The notes: a model not told the origin generated them from the letters alone. A stretch of 64,000 bases of DNA from an uncultured virus (IMG/VR IMGVR_UViG_3300033155_000850) (IMGVR_UViG_3300033155_000850); one strand, 5' to 3'; counted from the first letter of the stretch, positions 1 to 9,761 are shown. Numbers and translations: made by a program.

Positions 1-114
1 ACCAGCGCCTCCCGACCAGCGCCTCCCGACCAGCGCCTCCCGACCAGCGCCTCCCGACCAGCGCCTCCCGACCAGCGCCTCCCGACCAGCGCCTCCCGAC
101 CAGCGCCTCCCGAC
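1..114. repeat. Perfect tandem repeat of 14-bp unit ACCAGCGCCTCCCG (8 copies plus 2 nt; runs off the window start)
   Basis: Read directly; GC-rich and C-skewed against an AT-rich genome. Confidence 0.97.
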
Positions 115-162
115 TGGAATCGAGAATAGTTTCATTCGTAACTAATCTAAGAATTAATCGAA

Positions 163-385
163 AATAAACGTGTACATTTCTGATCAACACGGTATTATGG
201 ATCTATCAACAAGGAGATGGACATGACAATCAAATATCCCGAAACACTAGAGCAAGAGTTGAACGATCCGCATAACGAATTCGATAGCTGGACCGGCCGA
301 AAAGAAGTTTAGATTAAACGTAAATAAACGTGTACATTTCCGATCAATATGGTATTATAGATCTATCATATAGGAGATCGACATG
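163..385 (+). repeat. Two near-identical ~63-bp promoter-RBS-ATG units (163-225 and 323-385)
   Basis: AAATAAACGTGTACATTTC(T/C)GATCAA..GGTATTAT.GATCTATCA...AGGAGAT.GACATG occurs twice, 160 bp apart. Confidence 0.9.
223..312 (+). CDS. 29-aa mini-protein MTIKYPETLEQELNDPHNEFDSWTGRKEV
   Basis: AGGAG RBS, ATG and its own promoter; below the ORF-track cutoff. Confidence 0.55.
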   Translation: MTIKYPETLEQELNDPHNEFDSWTGRKEV

Positions 386-487
386 AACGAAGCAACCGCC
401 CTCATACTAGCCCCAATCGCCCTCACATGGATCTTTTTCGGTTGTCAACTACTCGAAAGTCGTATTCGATATGAAATTAAACGTTGA
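383..487 (+). CDS. 34-aa mini-protein with a hydrophobic segment (MNEATALILAPIALTWIFFGCQLLESRIRYEIKR)
   Basis: AGGAG RBS, ATG and its own promoter. Confidence 0.55.
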   Translation: MNEATALILAPIALTWIFFGCQLLESRIRYEIKR

Positions 488-660
488 TTCTAAACGACTT
501 AACGATAATGATTCAACTACGACAATCATCGTCTAACCTAACGATGGTTGTCCACCTCACCGACTCGTACACCGCTTTACTTGGGGGGCATAACCTGCCG
601 CACGCGCAGGGCCCTGTCGACTAGGTATTTTTCATTATAACACTCATAACCCATATTTAA

Positions 661-725
661 CATCTCTACTATTCTCCACTAATAACTACTAGTATATAGT
701 ATAACTAGCAGAGAATTGTAGAGAG
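661..725 (+). repeat. Dispersed intergenic hairpin element, copy 1 (core TAACTAGCAGAGAATTGTAGA)
   Basis: Core shared with copies at ~15191, 33326, 38154 and 63260; CTCTACTATTCTC pairs with GAGAATTGTAGAG. Confidence 0.75.
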
Positions 726-798
726 TCAACCATTGGCTCAAGATCACTTACAGAGGCCGTCATGCCGCTGTCCCTATATTTTTCAGCTTCACATATAG

Positions 799-831
799 TT
801 ACGAACACCTTACGAACACAGTTACGAACAC
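799..831. repeat. Three direct repeats TTACGAACAC (799, 810, 822); iteron or pac-site candidate
   Basis: Exact 10-mers at 11-12 bp spacing upstream of the packaging genes. Confidence 0.8.
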
Positions 832-897
832 TTAGTATCACAGGGCCGACATCCTCAGTGACATCAAACTATTTTTAAGGTTCCTTAAGGGGAACTG

Positions 898-926
898 TTT
901 ACATATGGGTCCTATTACAGTATAAT
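898..926 (+). promoter_or_regulatory. Phage promoter TTTACA-N17-TATAAT
   Basis: Member of the genome-wide T(G/A/T)TAC(A/T)-N17-TA(G/T)AAT family; GGAGG RBS follows. Confidence 0.75.
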
Positions 927-948
927 GTTTTAATGGAGGGTTACATTT

Positions 949-1308
949 GTGATTTCTCGTAACATAAAACAGGGCGAAAGAGTACTTCAGCTATTACAGG
1001 CCGAGTACCCTTCATATCACCCTCTTATAGCTGTTGCCAAATTAGCGCATAGCACAGATGACGAACGTCTTGAGTTCGATTGTCATAAAACATTATCTCG
1101 ATATGTAGAGCCTGAACTCAAATCTGTAGAAGTATCACAAGCCCCTCCCGATTCTGGACTGCTCAAAGTCATATTCGATGGGGAATGTGAAGACGTTACC
1201 CCGAATGACGGCGCGCCGGCCCTTGAGTCTTCGGAGAAATTGCCAGTAGAGGAGCTTCTTGAAGTAAGTTTTGAAGAGCCTGTACTACTTGAAACTAAAT
1301 CAGCGTAG
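949..1308 (+). CDS. Putative terminase small subunit
   Basis: First gene of the packaging operon; helical N-terminus with Y..P.LKSVEV motif typical of small terminases; GGAGG RBS. Confidence 0.5.
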   Translation: MISRNIKQGERVLQLLQAEYPSYHPLIAVAKLAHSTDDERLEFDCHKTLSRYVEPELKSVEVSQAPPDSGLLKVIFDGECEDVTPNDGAPALESSEKLPVEELLEVSFEEPVLLETKSA

Positions 1309-1317
1309 GAGATAGGT

Positions 1318-1581
1318 ATGGCCGCGGCTATTTGGATTGTAAGAAAGGCTACTGATGATAAGGTAGCTATAGTAGATGGTATTGAGACTGTAATCATTAA
1401 CGACGATGACCTAGATAGTGAAGCCACAGTATTGGCTGATACAGAGGCTGCAGTTATCGCTGCTGGTCACGCTATCGCATCAGGTTATTTTAGTACGGCA
1501 GTGCTTGCACTGGCCGCCGGTCAATTGGATACAGACGAAGACTTTATCGCTGTAGGTAAGCGTATAGAAGTTATTGCATAA
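1318..1581 (+). CDS. Hypothetical protein
   Basis: RBS, tight operon packing. Confidence 0.7.
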   Translation: MAAAIWIVRKATDDKVAIVDGIETVIINDDDLDSEATVLADTEAAVIAAGHAIASGYFSTAVLALAAGQLDTDEDFIAVGKRIEVIA

Positions 1582-2033
1582 TGCTCACTGATGATAAAGA
1601 TCATCCAGGTATTGATAAGCCAAAGGACGATGACCCTAGTAAGCAGAACGAAGCTTATTTAATCCTATCTGAAGAAGAGAGGGCTAAAGGGTTTGTAAGG
1701 CCTGTCCGTCTAAAATACTTACATGTAGGTATTAGGCCTAAACATCCAATAAGGGACCTTACGAATGAAGAGAAAGAACGGTTCGATGGATATGGCTATG
1801 TTAAATATGAAGAGTATCCAGATAGTGACTCGTCAGCCGTTGGTAGATACTGGTCAGAAGAGCAACTAACTAGCGGTTGTGGTGGTGCGTTAACCGTAAT
1901 GGCTCAAGAGTTAGGTGAAACTTATGCACGTGACCCTAGTTTTTACGGGGCTACGTGGTGTGTTGCATGTGAAGGGCATCATCCTGTATCAGAGTTTGTA
2001 TGGGATGGTACTGATGAAATAGTTGGGTCATAG
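1581..2033 (+). CDS. Hypothetical phage protein with possible metal-binding CxxC..H
   Basis: Overlapping TAATG start; TWCVACEGHHPVSEF. Confidence 0.7.
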   Translation: MLTDDKDHPGIDKPKDDDPSKQNEAYLILSEEERAKGFVRPVRLKYLHVGIRPKHPIRDLTNEEKERFDGYGYVKYEEYPDSDSSAVGRYWSEEQLTSGCGGALTVMAQELGETYARDPSFYGATWCVACEGHHPVSEFVWDGTDEIVGS

Positions 2034-2045
2034 ACCCGGGAGATA

Positions 2046-2252
2046 TTGATGTCAACTTTGGGTAATCATAGTACGGGTCTACCTTTGTCTAGTGACAGTA
2101 AGGTAGTAACTTCAGCAGTATCAGGTCAGGCTGGACCTTCGTCTAAGCATCATTCTGAACCTAGTGGTGCCAGTGGTGGTAGTGGAGCTAAAGCGGGTAT
2201 GGGTTCAGATCGTCTGCCTCAGGGCAAATTAGATAGTCCTAAGGTACCGTAA
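2046..2252 (+). CDS. Small Gly/Ser-rich protein
   Basis: GGAG RBS; resembles the next ORF. Confidence 0.55.
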   Translation: MMSTLGNHSTGLPLSSDSKVVTSAVSGQAGPSSKHHSEPSGASGGSGAKAGMGSDRLPQGKLDSPKVP

Positions 2253-2470
2253 TGGGTACTCTAGCCGATCATATCGTACAACACGTCCCTCTTACTATAG
2301 ACCCTAAACTGCCTGCAGTGACCTCAGGTTTAGCAGGTAGTAATAATCGAGCGGATCAACAGCATTTCGGTGGTGTTTTTGACGCACAGCAAGAAAATGG
2401 AGTGATGGGTACGCCCACAGCATCTCCAGGACGTATTAATGCGAGATTAAACGGCGTTAAAGTCGGTTAA
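2252..2470 (+). CDS. Small Gly-rich protein, probable paralogue of the preceding ORF
   Basis: TAATG coupling; M.TL..H...PL..D.K...SG.AG shared. Confidence 0.55.
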   Translation: MGTLADHIVQHVPLTIDPKLPAVTSGLAGSNNRADQQHFGGVFDAQQENGVMGTPTASPGRINARLNGVKVG

Positions 2471-2928
2471 TGTCGCAAATACTGGGTAGGAAGTTATATA
2501 CAATGCCAGATCTAGGTGAGTCACTTAGGTCTATACAGGGAGTTATAATGTCTAGAAAAGGTAAATCGACTGTAAGTGAAATTGCTAAAAAGCTAGATAT
2601 TCCTGTGCTCGATACTGAAAGTGATTCCAACGGTATTGAGGTAGACTTTGTGACTGTAGATGAAGCAGCAGAAATCGACCCAGACACATTTAATGGCTTA
2701 AGCGATAGTGATGCTAAAGCTAGTTTCTCATTTTCTTGTAATCATAGAGAATATGATGTTTTTAATGACGCACATGATTATCATGTTACTCCTGATAATG
2801 AGTATGGTGATCTTGACTTTATAGGTAAGATCGTCGTAATAAATGGTGTAGAACGATTATGTGATACTTTTACCGTGGATGATAACGGTAAAATAGTCAT
2901 TAAAGTACGCTGTCGTACTGATGACTAG
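2470..2928 (+). CDS. Hypothetical acidic protein (true start possibly 2548)
   Basis: ORF in operon; GGAG precedes ATG at 2548. Confidence 0.6.
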   Translation: MSQILGRKLYTMPDLGESLRSIQGVIMSRKGKSTVSEIAKKLDIPVLDTESDSNGIEVDFVTVDEAAEIDPDTFNGLSDSDAKASFSFSCNHREYDVFNDAHDYHVTPDNEYGDLDFIGKIVVINGVERLCDTFTVDDNGKIVIKVRCRTDD

Positions 2929-2949
2929 TAAACAGAGTTAAACTAATTA

Positions 2950-4362
2950 ATGGAATTAAGACTTTGGCCTAGACAAAAGGCAGCTTTAATGTCTAAGGCT
3001 AATGAGGTCCTGTATGGCGGTGCCGCAGGAGGAGGGAAGTCGCATTTATTACGCGCGGCTTCCATTATATATAGTATTTGGGTTCCAGGCCTAATTACTT
3101 ATATTTTTCGACGTACGTTTAAGGAGCTTGTCAGTAATCATATAAACACACCCGGAGGGTATCCGGAAATGCTCAGGGACTTTATTAGGGATAAGAAGGT
3201 CCGGTGGGATAAGTCCAATTACCTGTTTGAGTTTGAAAATGGTTCAATCATCCAGTTAGCCCATTCACAGTGGGAAACTGACATTACGACTCATCAAGGA
3301 GCGCAGATTGGATTTTTAGGCATAGATGAGGCCACCCATTTTACAGAGATGATGGTACGTTTCATTAGGTCTAGGGTTAGACTCGGTGGCCTGGAGGTTC
3401 CAGACCAATACCGTGGAATGTTTCCAAGAATTATGTACTGCAGTAACCCTGGGGGTGTTGGACATGATTATTTTAAGACTCAATTCGTTGATCACGGAGA
3501 GAAGTTTTGGCGAGCGCCACCTAGCGATGGAGGTATGACGAGAATGTATGTTCCAGCCAGACTGGCTGATAACTACACATTGACACGAGCTGACCCAGGT
3601 TATGCAGATCGTTTGAGGGGTTTGGGAGATTCAGCATTAGTTGATGCCATGTTATCGGGTGACTGGGATATCATGATGAAAGGAATGTTCAGCGACGTTT
3701 GGGCGCCGCGACTCCAAGTGATTCATCCATTCTTTATACCCAGAACGTGGAAAATCGATCGAGCTCATGACTGGGGCTCGAGTGCTCCTGGCGGAAATTT
3801 ATATTTCGCTGAGTCAAACGGTGATAAGTTTACCGATGCTCATGGCGAAGAAAGAGTCGTTCCCCGCGGTTCTCTCTTCGTTATGGGTGAGTTGTATTTT
3901 GCTAATGAAAAGAGAGAGGGTTTAAAACTATTTCCAGACGAGCAAGCTAGAAGAATGGTAGCGTATGAAAAAGAGAGATTTCCAAATCGTTATATTCGTC
4001 CTGGACCTGCAGACGCGTCTATATGGACTACAGACCAATCTTCAACCAGTATAAATGATCAATTTGTGAACGGTGGGATAATTTTTACTAAATCGGATAA
4101 GTCGCCAGGTTCTAGAGTTCATGGCTGGCAGTTAATAAGACAGATGTTACGTGCTACTATAGATAATAGTACAGAACAAAAACACTTATACATTACTACA
4201 GATTGTCCGCATTTAATAAGAACTGTACCCATGATGCAAAGAGATGATAAGAAAATAGAGGATATCGATACTAGATTAGAAGATCATTTATGTGATATTT
4301 TACGGTATCGTATTTTGAAGTTAAACCAACAAATTCAAATGCGTAAAATCATAGGATTGTAG
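2950..4362 (+). CDS. terL: Terminase large subunit
   Basis: Walker A YGGAAGGGKS, Walker B FLGIDEATHF, SNPGG coupling motif, RNase H-like DWG...DHLCDILRY. Confidence 0.95.
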   Translation: MELRLWPRQKAALMSKANEVLYGGAAGGGKSHLLRAASIIYSIWVPGLITYIFRRTFKELVSNHINTPGGYPEMLRDFIRDKKVRWDKSNYLFEFENGSIIQLAHSQWETDITTHQGAQIGFLGIDEATHFTEMMVRFIRSRVRLGGLEVPDQYRGMFPRIMYCSNPGGVGHDYFKTQFVDHGEKFWRAPPSDGGMTRMYVPARLADNYTLTRADPGYADRLRGLGDSALVDAMLSGDWDIMMKGMFSDVWAPRLQVIHPFFIPRTWKIDRAHDWGSSAPGGNLYFAESNGDKFTDAHGEERVVPRGSLFVMGELYFANEKREGLKLFPDEQARRMVAYEKERFPNRYIRPGPADASIWTTDQSSTSINDQFVNGGIIFTKSDKSPGSRVHGWQLIRQMLRATIDNSTEQKHLYITTDCPHLIRTVPMMQRDDKKIEDIDTRLEDHLCDILRYRILKLNQQIQMRKIIGL

Positions 4363-4363
4363 A

Positions 4364-5809
4364 ATGGCCATTGAGCAAAATACTCTATTAGCAATTGGTA
4401 CTCCTGGAGCTCAGATTATTCAGGAAACGTCTCTTCGTCATCCAGACTATACTAAACAAGAGAAAAAATGGAATAGAATTCGTGACTGTGTCGATGGTAG
4501 TGATGCTGTAAAAGCTAAACGAACCACGTATTTACCTAGATTAACTGGTCAAAAAAATGATGAGTATAATGCTTATTTAACTAGAGCTTTATTTGTCTCG
4601 TTTACTGATAGGACCTTGAAAGGTTTGGTCGGTCTTATGACTGAGCGAGAACCCAATATAGAAGCCCCAGAAGAAATGAGAGCGTATTTTGAAGACACTG
4701 ATAATCAAGGTACATCGTTCTTTGAACTCTTACGCTGGGTAACAGAAGAAGTAGTAGCTATGGGTCGAACTGGGTTATTGATAGACTTCCCAGTAGAAGG
4801 CGGGCGAGCATATACTGTTCCATATGCTGCAGAAAATATAATAAATTGGAATACGGATACTGTTACGCGACAACTTAACATGTTGGTACTTCAAGAGCTT
4901 AAGTACTGGCCTCAACCTAATACAATGCATTTTCTATCTCGTTTTATGGAATATAGACTTCTTAGATTATCTCAATCAACTGGGGAATATGAAGGTGAGG
5001 TCTGGAGACGGTCTACGACTGATACGTCATTAGGATCATTGAATAGGCGATCAATAATTGAACCTACCATACGTGGTGAATCCATAGATATTATTCCATT
5101 TACCTTTATCACTTCTGAAGGTATAACTACGGACCTTGTAAAGCCGCCTATGCTAGATATAGTAGATGTTAATTTATCTCATTTTAGAACTAGTGCCGAT
5201 CTAGAGCATGGTCGGCATTTTACTGCACTACCTGTTCCTGTCGTTACTGGTGTAGAGAGTGACGAACCTTTACGTGTGGGTTCTGAACAAGCTTGGGTTC
5301 TTCCGCCTCATCAAGCTAAAGCTTTTTATCTAGAATTTACAGGTCAAGGTTTACAGAGTTTAGAAACAGCTCTTAAAGAAAAATCAGACCAAATGGCTAT
5401 TTTCAGTACACGTATGATGGATAATAGCTCTAGAGGTAGTGAATCTCCTGATAATGTACGTATTAGACATTCGTCTGATGCTGCAAATATGACACGTATT
5501 GTAGAAACTATAGAAAATGCGTTTAATCGTCACTACAATCTAATTAAAGAAATGGAGGGTATTCAAGGACCTCCCGTTAAAATTACACTTAATAAGCACT
5601 TTTTAGACGCTAGGATGCCTGCTTCTGAATTAAGAGAAATTGTTAAGGCGTTTGTTGATGGCGCTATTAATGAAGAAACGCTAATATTTAACCTCACACG
5701 AGGTGATATTATGCAAACAGATACGTTGGATAGAACGGTAGATAAAGATATACCTGGTCCACGTGAAGAAAATAAAAATGACATAACACCTACTGACGAG
5801 GATGAATAG
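4364..5809 (+). CDS. Portal protein (DUF4055-like)
   Basis: Follows TerL; YLP, YL.RA.F and KPPMLDI..VNLSHFRTSAD motifs. Confidence 0.9.
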   Translation: MAIEQNTLLAIGTPGAQIIQETSLRHPDYTKQEKKWNRIRDCVDGSDAVKAKRTTYLPRLTGQKNDEYNAYLTRALFVSFTDRTLKGLVGLMTEREPNIEAPEEMRAYFEDTDNQGTSFFELLRWVTEEVVAMGRTGLLIDFPVEGGRAYTVPYAAENIINWNTDTVTRQLNMLVLQELKYWPQPNTMHFLSRFMEYRLLRLSQSTGEYEGEVWRRSTTDTSLGSLNRRSIIEPTIRGESIDIIPFTFITSEGITTDLVKPPMLDIVDVNLSHFRTSADLEHGRHFTALPVPVVTGVESDEPLRVGSEQAWVLPPHQAKAFYLEFTGQGLQSLETALKEKSDQMAIFSTRMMDNSSRGSESPDNVRIRHSSDAANMTRIVETIENAFNRHYNLIKEMEGIQGPPVKITLNKHFLDARMPASELREIVKAFVDGAINEETLIFNLTRGDIMQTDTLDRTVDKDIPGPREENKNDITPTDEDE

Positions 5810-5811
5810 TA

Positions 5812-6537
5812 ATGGCACTTAAATTTGTATTAGACAGCATTGATGATTTGGATGAAGGTATTAAAGCCTTATATTCTAAGCATACGGACGGTAAATTCTA
5901 TTTAGATGTAGAAGGCGCTGTATCTAAAACTAAGGTTGATGAATTTAGAGACAATAACGTTTCTTTAAAGCAGCAACTGGAAGATATGACTGATAAGTTT
6001 GGTAATATTGATTTAGAGAAATATACTGAGCTTATGGAAAAAGAAGCTTTAGATGACGGTAAAAAGCGCGTTACTATGGATAAAGTAGATGATATAGTAA
6101 CCGAAAGAACGAATACTATGAAAGCTGAACATCAAAATCAGATTGACGCTTTAAATACTGCCAATACCGGATTAAATGGTCAGTTAAATGGTCTTTTAAT
6201 TGATGGGGCAGTTAGAGCTGCTGCTGTAGAGGCTAAAGTACGTGGTGCTGCTTTGGAAGATGTAGTTCTTCGTGCTGGAAAGACCTTTAAAGTAGTAGAC
6301 GGTAAAGCTGTAGCTCACGATGGTGATGGTAAGGTAATGTACGGTAAAGACGGCTCTAATCCTCTTAGTACTGTAGAGTGGATAGGTGGTCTTAAAACTT
6401 CAGCGCCTCATTTGTTTGAAGGTTCTAGTGGCGGCGGAGCTGGTGGTGGACAGAAGAAGCCGGGTGATCAGCAAGTTGATACATCTACTATGTCTCCACT
6501 ACAGAAAATTTCAGCGGGAATAGCTGCTTCGGAGTAA
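5812..6537 (+). CDS. Capsid scaffolding protein
   Basis: Coiled coil, PHLFEGSSGGGA tail, position before the capsid gene. Confidence 0.8.
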   Translation: MALKFVLDSIDDLDEGIKALYSKHTDGKFYLDVEGAVSKTKVDEFRDNNVSLKQQLEDMTDKFGNIDLEKYTELMEKEALDDGKKRVTMDKVDDIVTERTNTMKAEHQNQIDALNTANTGLNGQLNGLLIDGAVRAAAVEAKVRGAALEDVVLRAGKTFKVVDGKAVAHDGDGKVMYGKDGSNPLSTVEWIGGLKTSAPHLFEGSSGGGAGGGQKKPGDQQVDTSTMSPLQKISAGIAASE

Positions 6538-6566
6538 TTATATTTAAGGAACCTTTAAGGAAAGTA

Positions 6567-6595
6567 TTTACTTTGAGGTCCAAACGTAGTAGAAT
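6567..6595 (+). promoter_or_regulatory. Phage promoter TTTACT-N17-TAGAAT upstream of the capsid gene
   Basis: Family consensus, exact 17-nt spacer. Confidence 0.7.
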
Positions 6596-6705
6596 GATAT
6601 AATAGAAGATAAATTCAAGTGCGGGGCACTGGAAAGCGATTCCTAATTGTCCTGTCCTTCGGTGAAGGGCGTAATATAAACGTATTCATTGGAGGATACA
6701 ATTAA

Positions 6706-7647
6706 ATGGCTAGTGTAACTCTTGTCGAGTCCGCCAAGCTGTCCCAAGACATGCTTATTACTGGTGTAATTGAGTCTATCGTTACAGTAGATAGGTTTTT
6801 CGAAATTCTTCCGTTTCTAGAGATTGAGGGTAATGCGCTTGCGTATAACCGTGAAGCTGCTCTAGGCGACGTCGAGAATTTGGCAGTTGGCGGTACAATC
6901 GCTGCTAAAGCAGCGGCCACGTTCACCAAAGTGACCACGTCTCTGACGACCATTATTGGTGATGCTGAAGTTAATAACCTGATCCAGAACACTCGTTCTA
7001 ATTTTACGGATCAAAAAGCTGCTCAAGTAATGTCGAAAGCTAAGAATATTGGCTTAACTTACCGTGATCAATATATTAACGGTAGTGGTGCATCTGATAC
7101 AGTTCAAGGCCTTATTTCTCTGGTCGCGGCTGCAGCTGCATCCCAAACTATCGCCGCAGTTAATGCTAACGGTGATCTTTTGACTTTCGATGTTATGGAT
7201 AATCTTATCGATCTTGTTAAAGACAAGAACGGTATTGTTGATTATTTTCAAATGAATAGTCGCACAATTCGTGAATTCTTTTCTCTCTTGAGAACTCAAG
7301 GTGGAGCAACGATTCAGGAAACTGTGACTCTCCCCTCTGGTGCTACTGTACCTGCTTATCGCAGTGTACCTATTTTCAGAAATGACAATGTACCCATTGA
7401 TTTGACTGAAGGTACGAATACCACAGCTTCACAGATCTTTTGTGGAACACTTGATGACGGTTCAAACCAGGTCGGTATTTCTGGTTTGACAGCTGTTGGT
7501 GAGTCTGGTATTCGAGTATCTGAGATTGGTGAGCATCAGACTAAAGATGAATCTATTACTCGCGTCAAATTCTATTGTGGTTTTGCACTATTTAGTGAGT
7601 TAGGTATTGCTACTGCCGTAGGTATCGGTGGTACAGGCGCTACCTAA
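6706..7647 (+). CDS. Major capsid protein (HK97 fold)
   Basis: TL.E.AKL..D....GVIE, LPF..IEGNAL.YNRE, RVKFYCGFALFS; strong GGAGG RBS; downstream terminator. Confidence 0.9.
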   Translation: MASVTLVESAKLSQDMLITGVIESIVTVDRFFEILPFLEIEGNALAYNREAALGDVENLAVGGTIAAKAAATFTKVTTSLTTIIGDAEVNNLIQNTRSNFTDQKAAQVMSKAKNIGLTYRDQYINGSGASDTVQGLISLVAAAAASQTIAAVNANGDLLTFDVMDNLIDLVKDKNGIVDYFQMNSRTIREFFSLLRTQGGATIQETVTLPSGATVPAYRSVPIFRNDNVPIDLTEGTNTTASQIFCGTLDDGSNQVGISGLTAVGESGIRVSEIGEHQTKDESITRVKFYCGFALFSELGIATAVGIGGTGAT

Positions 7648-7689
7648 GACTAGTAATTAAGAGTTTGCACGCCGTGAGTAGGCTGATTT

Positions 7690-7721
7690 AGCCCACCCTC
7701 TAGTAGGGTGGGCTCTTTTTC
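7690..7721 (+). terminator. Rho-independent terminator
   Basis: AGCCCACCCT-CTAGT-AGGGTGGGCT followed by a T tract. Confidence 0.9.
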
Positions 7722-7745
7722 ATAACTATAATTAAGGTATAAATA

Positions 7746-8096
7746 ATGTCAAACGATCCCAATAGAAGTACATTTGTATTGACAGGGCCTAGAAAAGGAT
7801 TCACGGGTATATTAGGTGGAAGATACGGATTTAGAGACGGAGAGCTAACTGTTGATCATGTTCATAAAGATAAGCTAAAACTTATTTTATGTACATCGTA
7901 CTGTTGTAATGTCAAAGGTGAAGCACCGTTGTGGAGAACTGAAGAAGGTGCTTCAGTAAAAATTACTGACTTAGAGAAACCTAAAGTTGAAACGACTACA
8001 GTTAAGTCTGCTCCAGTATCTTCAACGACCACAGATAAAGATGAAAGTCCTAAAGAACCGCCCGTAGCAGGCCCGGGCACTGCAGACAAAGGCTAA
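7746..8096 (+). CDS. Hypothetical head-module protein
   Basis: Position; low-complexity C-terminus. Confidence 0.6.
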   Translation: MSNDPNRSTFVLTGPRKGFTGILGGRYGFRDGELTVDHVHKDKLKLILCTSYCCNVKGEAPLWRTEEGASVKITDLEKPKVETTTVKSAPVSSTTTDKDESPKEPPVAGPGTADKG

Positions 8097-8099
8097 TAA

Positions 8100-8618
8100 A
8101 TGGCTATTGATGCGTCTGTAGGAGGAGTTTCTGCTAATTCATATGTAACTACAGTAGAAGCCGATGAGTATTTTGAAGGTAGACTTTCTCCAGAAGGCTA
8201 TACTTCGGCTGATGCGGGTATACAAGAAAGAGCTCTTAGAAACGCCACCAGTGTTTTAGACGCCAGAATTAGTTGGCTGGGTGATATTAAAGATCAAACT
8301 ACACCCCAAGCATTAGCTTGGCCTAGAGTATATGACTTTAATCTTACTACACCTGAAGATATTTTAGTTTTAGGCCAAGCTATTCCACAAGACCTTAAAA
8401 ACGCCCAGAGTGAAATGGCGTTATTTTTGATTAATAGTGGAGAACCGTCAGATAGTAATAGTCTAGACTCTATTAAGGTCGGTAGTTTGTCTATTGATTT
8501 TAATGAATTTAAATCTAGTCAGTTAATTCCCGATACTATATGGTCTATGATATCGTATTTAGGATATAGGTTTACTCCTAAAGACCAGATTAAATCAGTC
8601 AATGTCATTAGAAAATAG
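8100..8618 (+). CDS. Head-tail adaptor (DnaT-like family)
   Basis: ANSYVT..EAD.YF, QALAWPR, IP..LK.AQ.E.A motifs. Confidence 0.85.
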   Translation: MAIDASVGGVSANSYVTTVEADEYFEGRLSPEGYTSADAGIQERALRNATSVLDARISWLGDIKDQTTPQALAWPRVYDFNLTTPEDILVLGQAIPQDLKNAQSEMALFLINSGEPSDSNSLDSIKVGSLSIDFNEFKSSQLIPDTIWSMISYLGYRFTPKDQIKSVNVIRK

Positions 8619-8970
8619 GTTAGTACAGTCGGTAGATAGAGCATTTAATGCTCTAGAGGACCTTGCGGGCGATATGACTATAACGTCTGTATCGAATGAT
8701 TCATATGATCCTAATACAGGCGTATTAACTCAAACGTCTACACCGTATGTAGTAACAGCTGTATTTGATACATACGAAACAGATAGAGTAGATGGTACAA
8801 TTATACAGTCTGAAGATAGGTTGGTTTTAATACAACCTGTAGATACATTTAGGCCTAAGATCGGTGATACTATAACTGACCCTGACGGAATAGTGTATAA
8901 TATTTTGAATTTTAAAGACGTTAGAGCATATGATAGATCATTTTTATGGGAATTACAGGCTCGTAAATGA
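8602..8970 (+). CDS. Head closure protein
   Basis: YDP.TG, DGT.IQ..D, ELQ.RK; position. Confidence 0.75.
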   Translation: MSLENRLVQSVDRAFNALEDLAGDMTITSVSNDSYDPNTGVLTQTSTPYVVTAVFDTYETDRVDGTIIQSEDRLVLIQPVDTFRPKIGDTITDPDGIVYNILNFKDVRAYDRSFLWELQARK

Positions 8971-9350
8971 GTTTAGTGAAGATAACATGGCGAACGCCTA
9001 AACCTTCATTTTCGTTTATACCCAAGGTTAGACGGAATGTAGCGCAACGTGCATTAAATATAGCCCAATTAGTTTGGCAAGGTACTGTAGATAGAACTCC
9101 TGTAGCTTCTGGTGAATTAAGAGCTTCTTGGACTTTAAGTAAAGGTAGACCAAATTTTATCGATATTAGTGGTTCGTCTGTAGGAATACTCCCTGCACCT
9201 TCTATGCCTATAATACCTATAACTACTCTAGGTAGTGCTAAATTTTTTATATCAAACGGCAAATCTTATGTGGGGCATGTGGAATATGGATCTCCAACTA
9301 ATACACCGCGTTTAATGCTGACTAGAGCGATACAGGCAATTGACCTTTGA
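8967..9350 (+). CDS. HK97 gp10-like tail completion protein
   Basis: TPVASGELRASW, N...Y...VEYG. Confidence 0.85.
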   Translation: MSLVKITWRTPKPSFSFIPKVRRNVAQRALNIAQLVWQGTVDRTPVASGELRASWTLSKGRPNFIDISGSSVGILPAPSMPIIPITTLGSAKFFISNGKSYVGHVEYGSPTNTPRLMLTRAIQAIDL

Positions 9351-9750
9351 AACAGCGACAATAGAGTTAGAGTCCAGATTTGCGGATAACTGGCCACATA
9401 CAGTCATAAAATGGCCTAATGTACAGTTAGATACAAAGGTTTTAGATGAATGGGTTTGTTTTAATCATATACACGATAAATCTAAACTAGCTCAAATAGG
9501 TATAGTTAGTAATGTAAATAGATATTATGGAGTAATCGTAATACAAATATTTGTAAAACCTAATATAGGGCTATTGAGAGCTAAAATACTGTCAGACTAT
9601 GTATCTGATATATGGAGAACAACTCAATTTTCAGGTTTAATACTTAGTACGCCTGAAATAATTGAGGTTGGAATTTTAAAGGGTTGGTATCAATTAAACG
9701 TACAGAATAAGTACCAACGAAGTAGTTACGAAGTAATTAGTGCTACATAA
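9340..9750 (+). CDS. Tail terminator protein (DUF4128-like)
   Basis: I.WPN, G.I.IQIFV....G, GWYQ.NV. Confidence 0.75.
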   Translation: MTFETATIELESRFADNWPHTVIKWPNVQLDTKVLDEWVCFNHIHDKSKLAQIGIVSNVNRYYGVIVIQIFVKPNIGLLRAKILSDYVSDIWRTTQFSGLILSTPEIIEVGILKGWYQLNVQNKYQRSSYEVISAT

Positions 9751-9761
9751 GAGGAATACTC

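Noticed and set aside
1..114. CRISPR array
   Set aside because: Repeats are contiguous with no spacers; no cas operon
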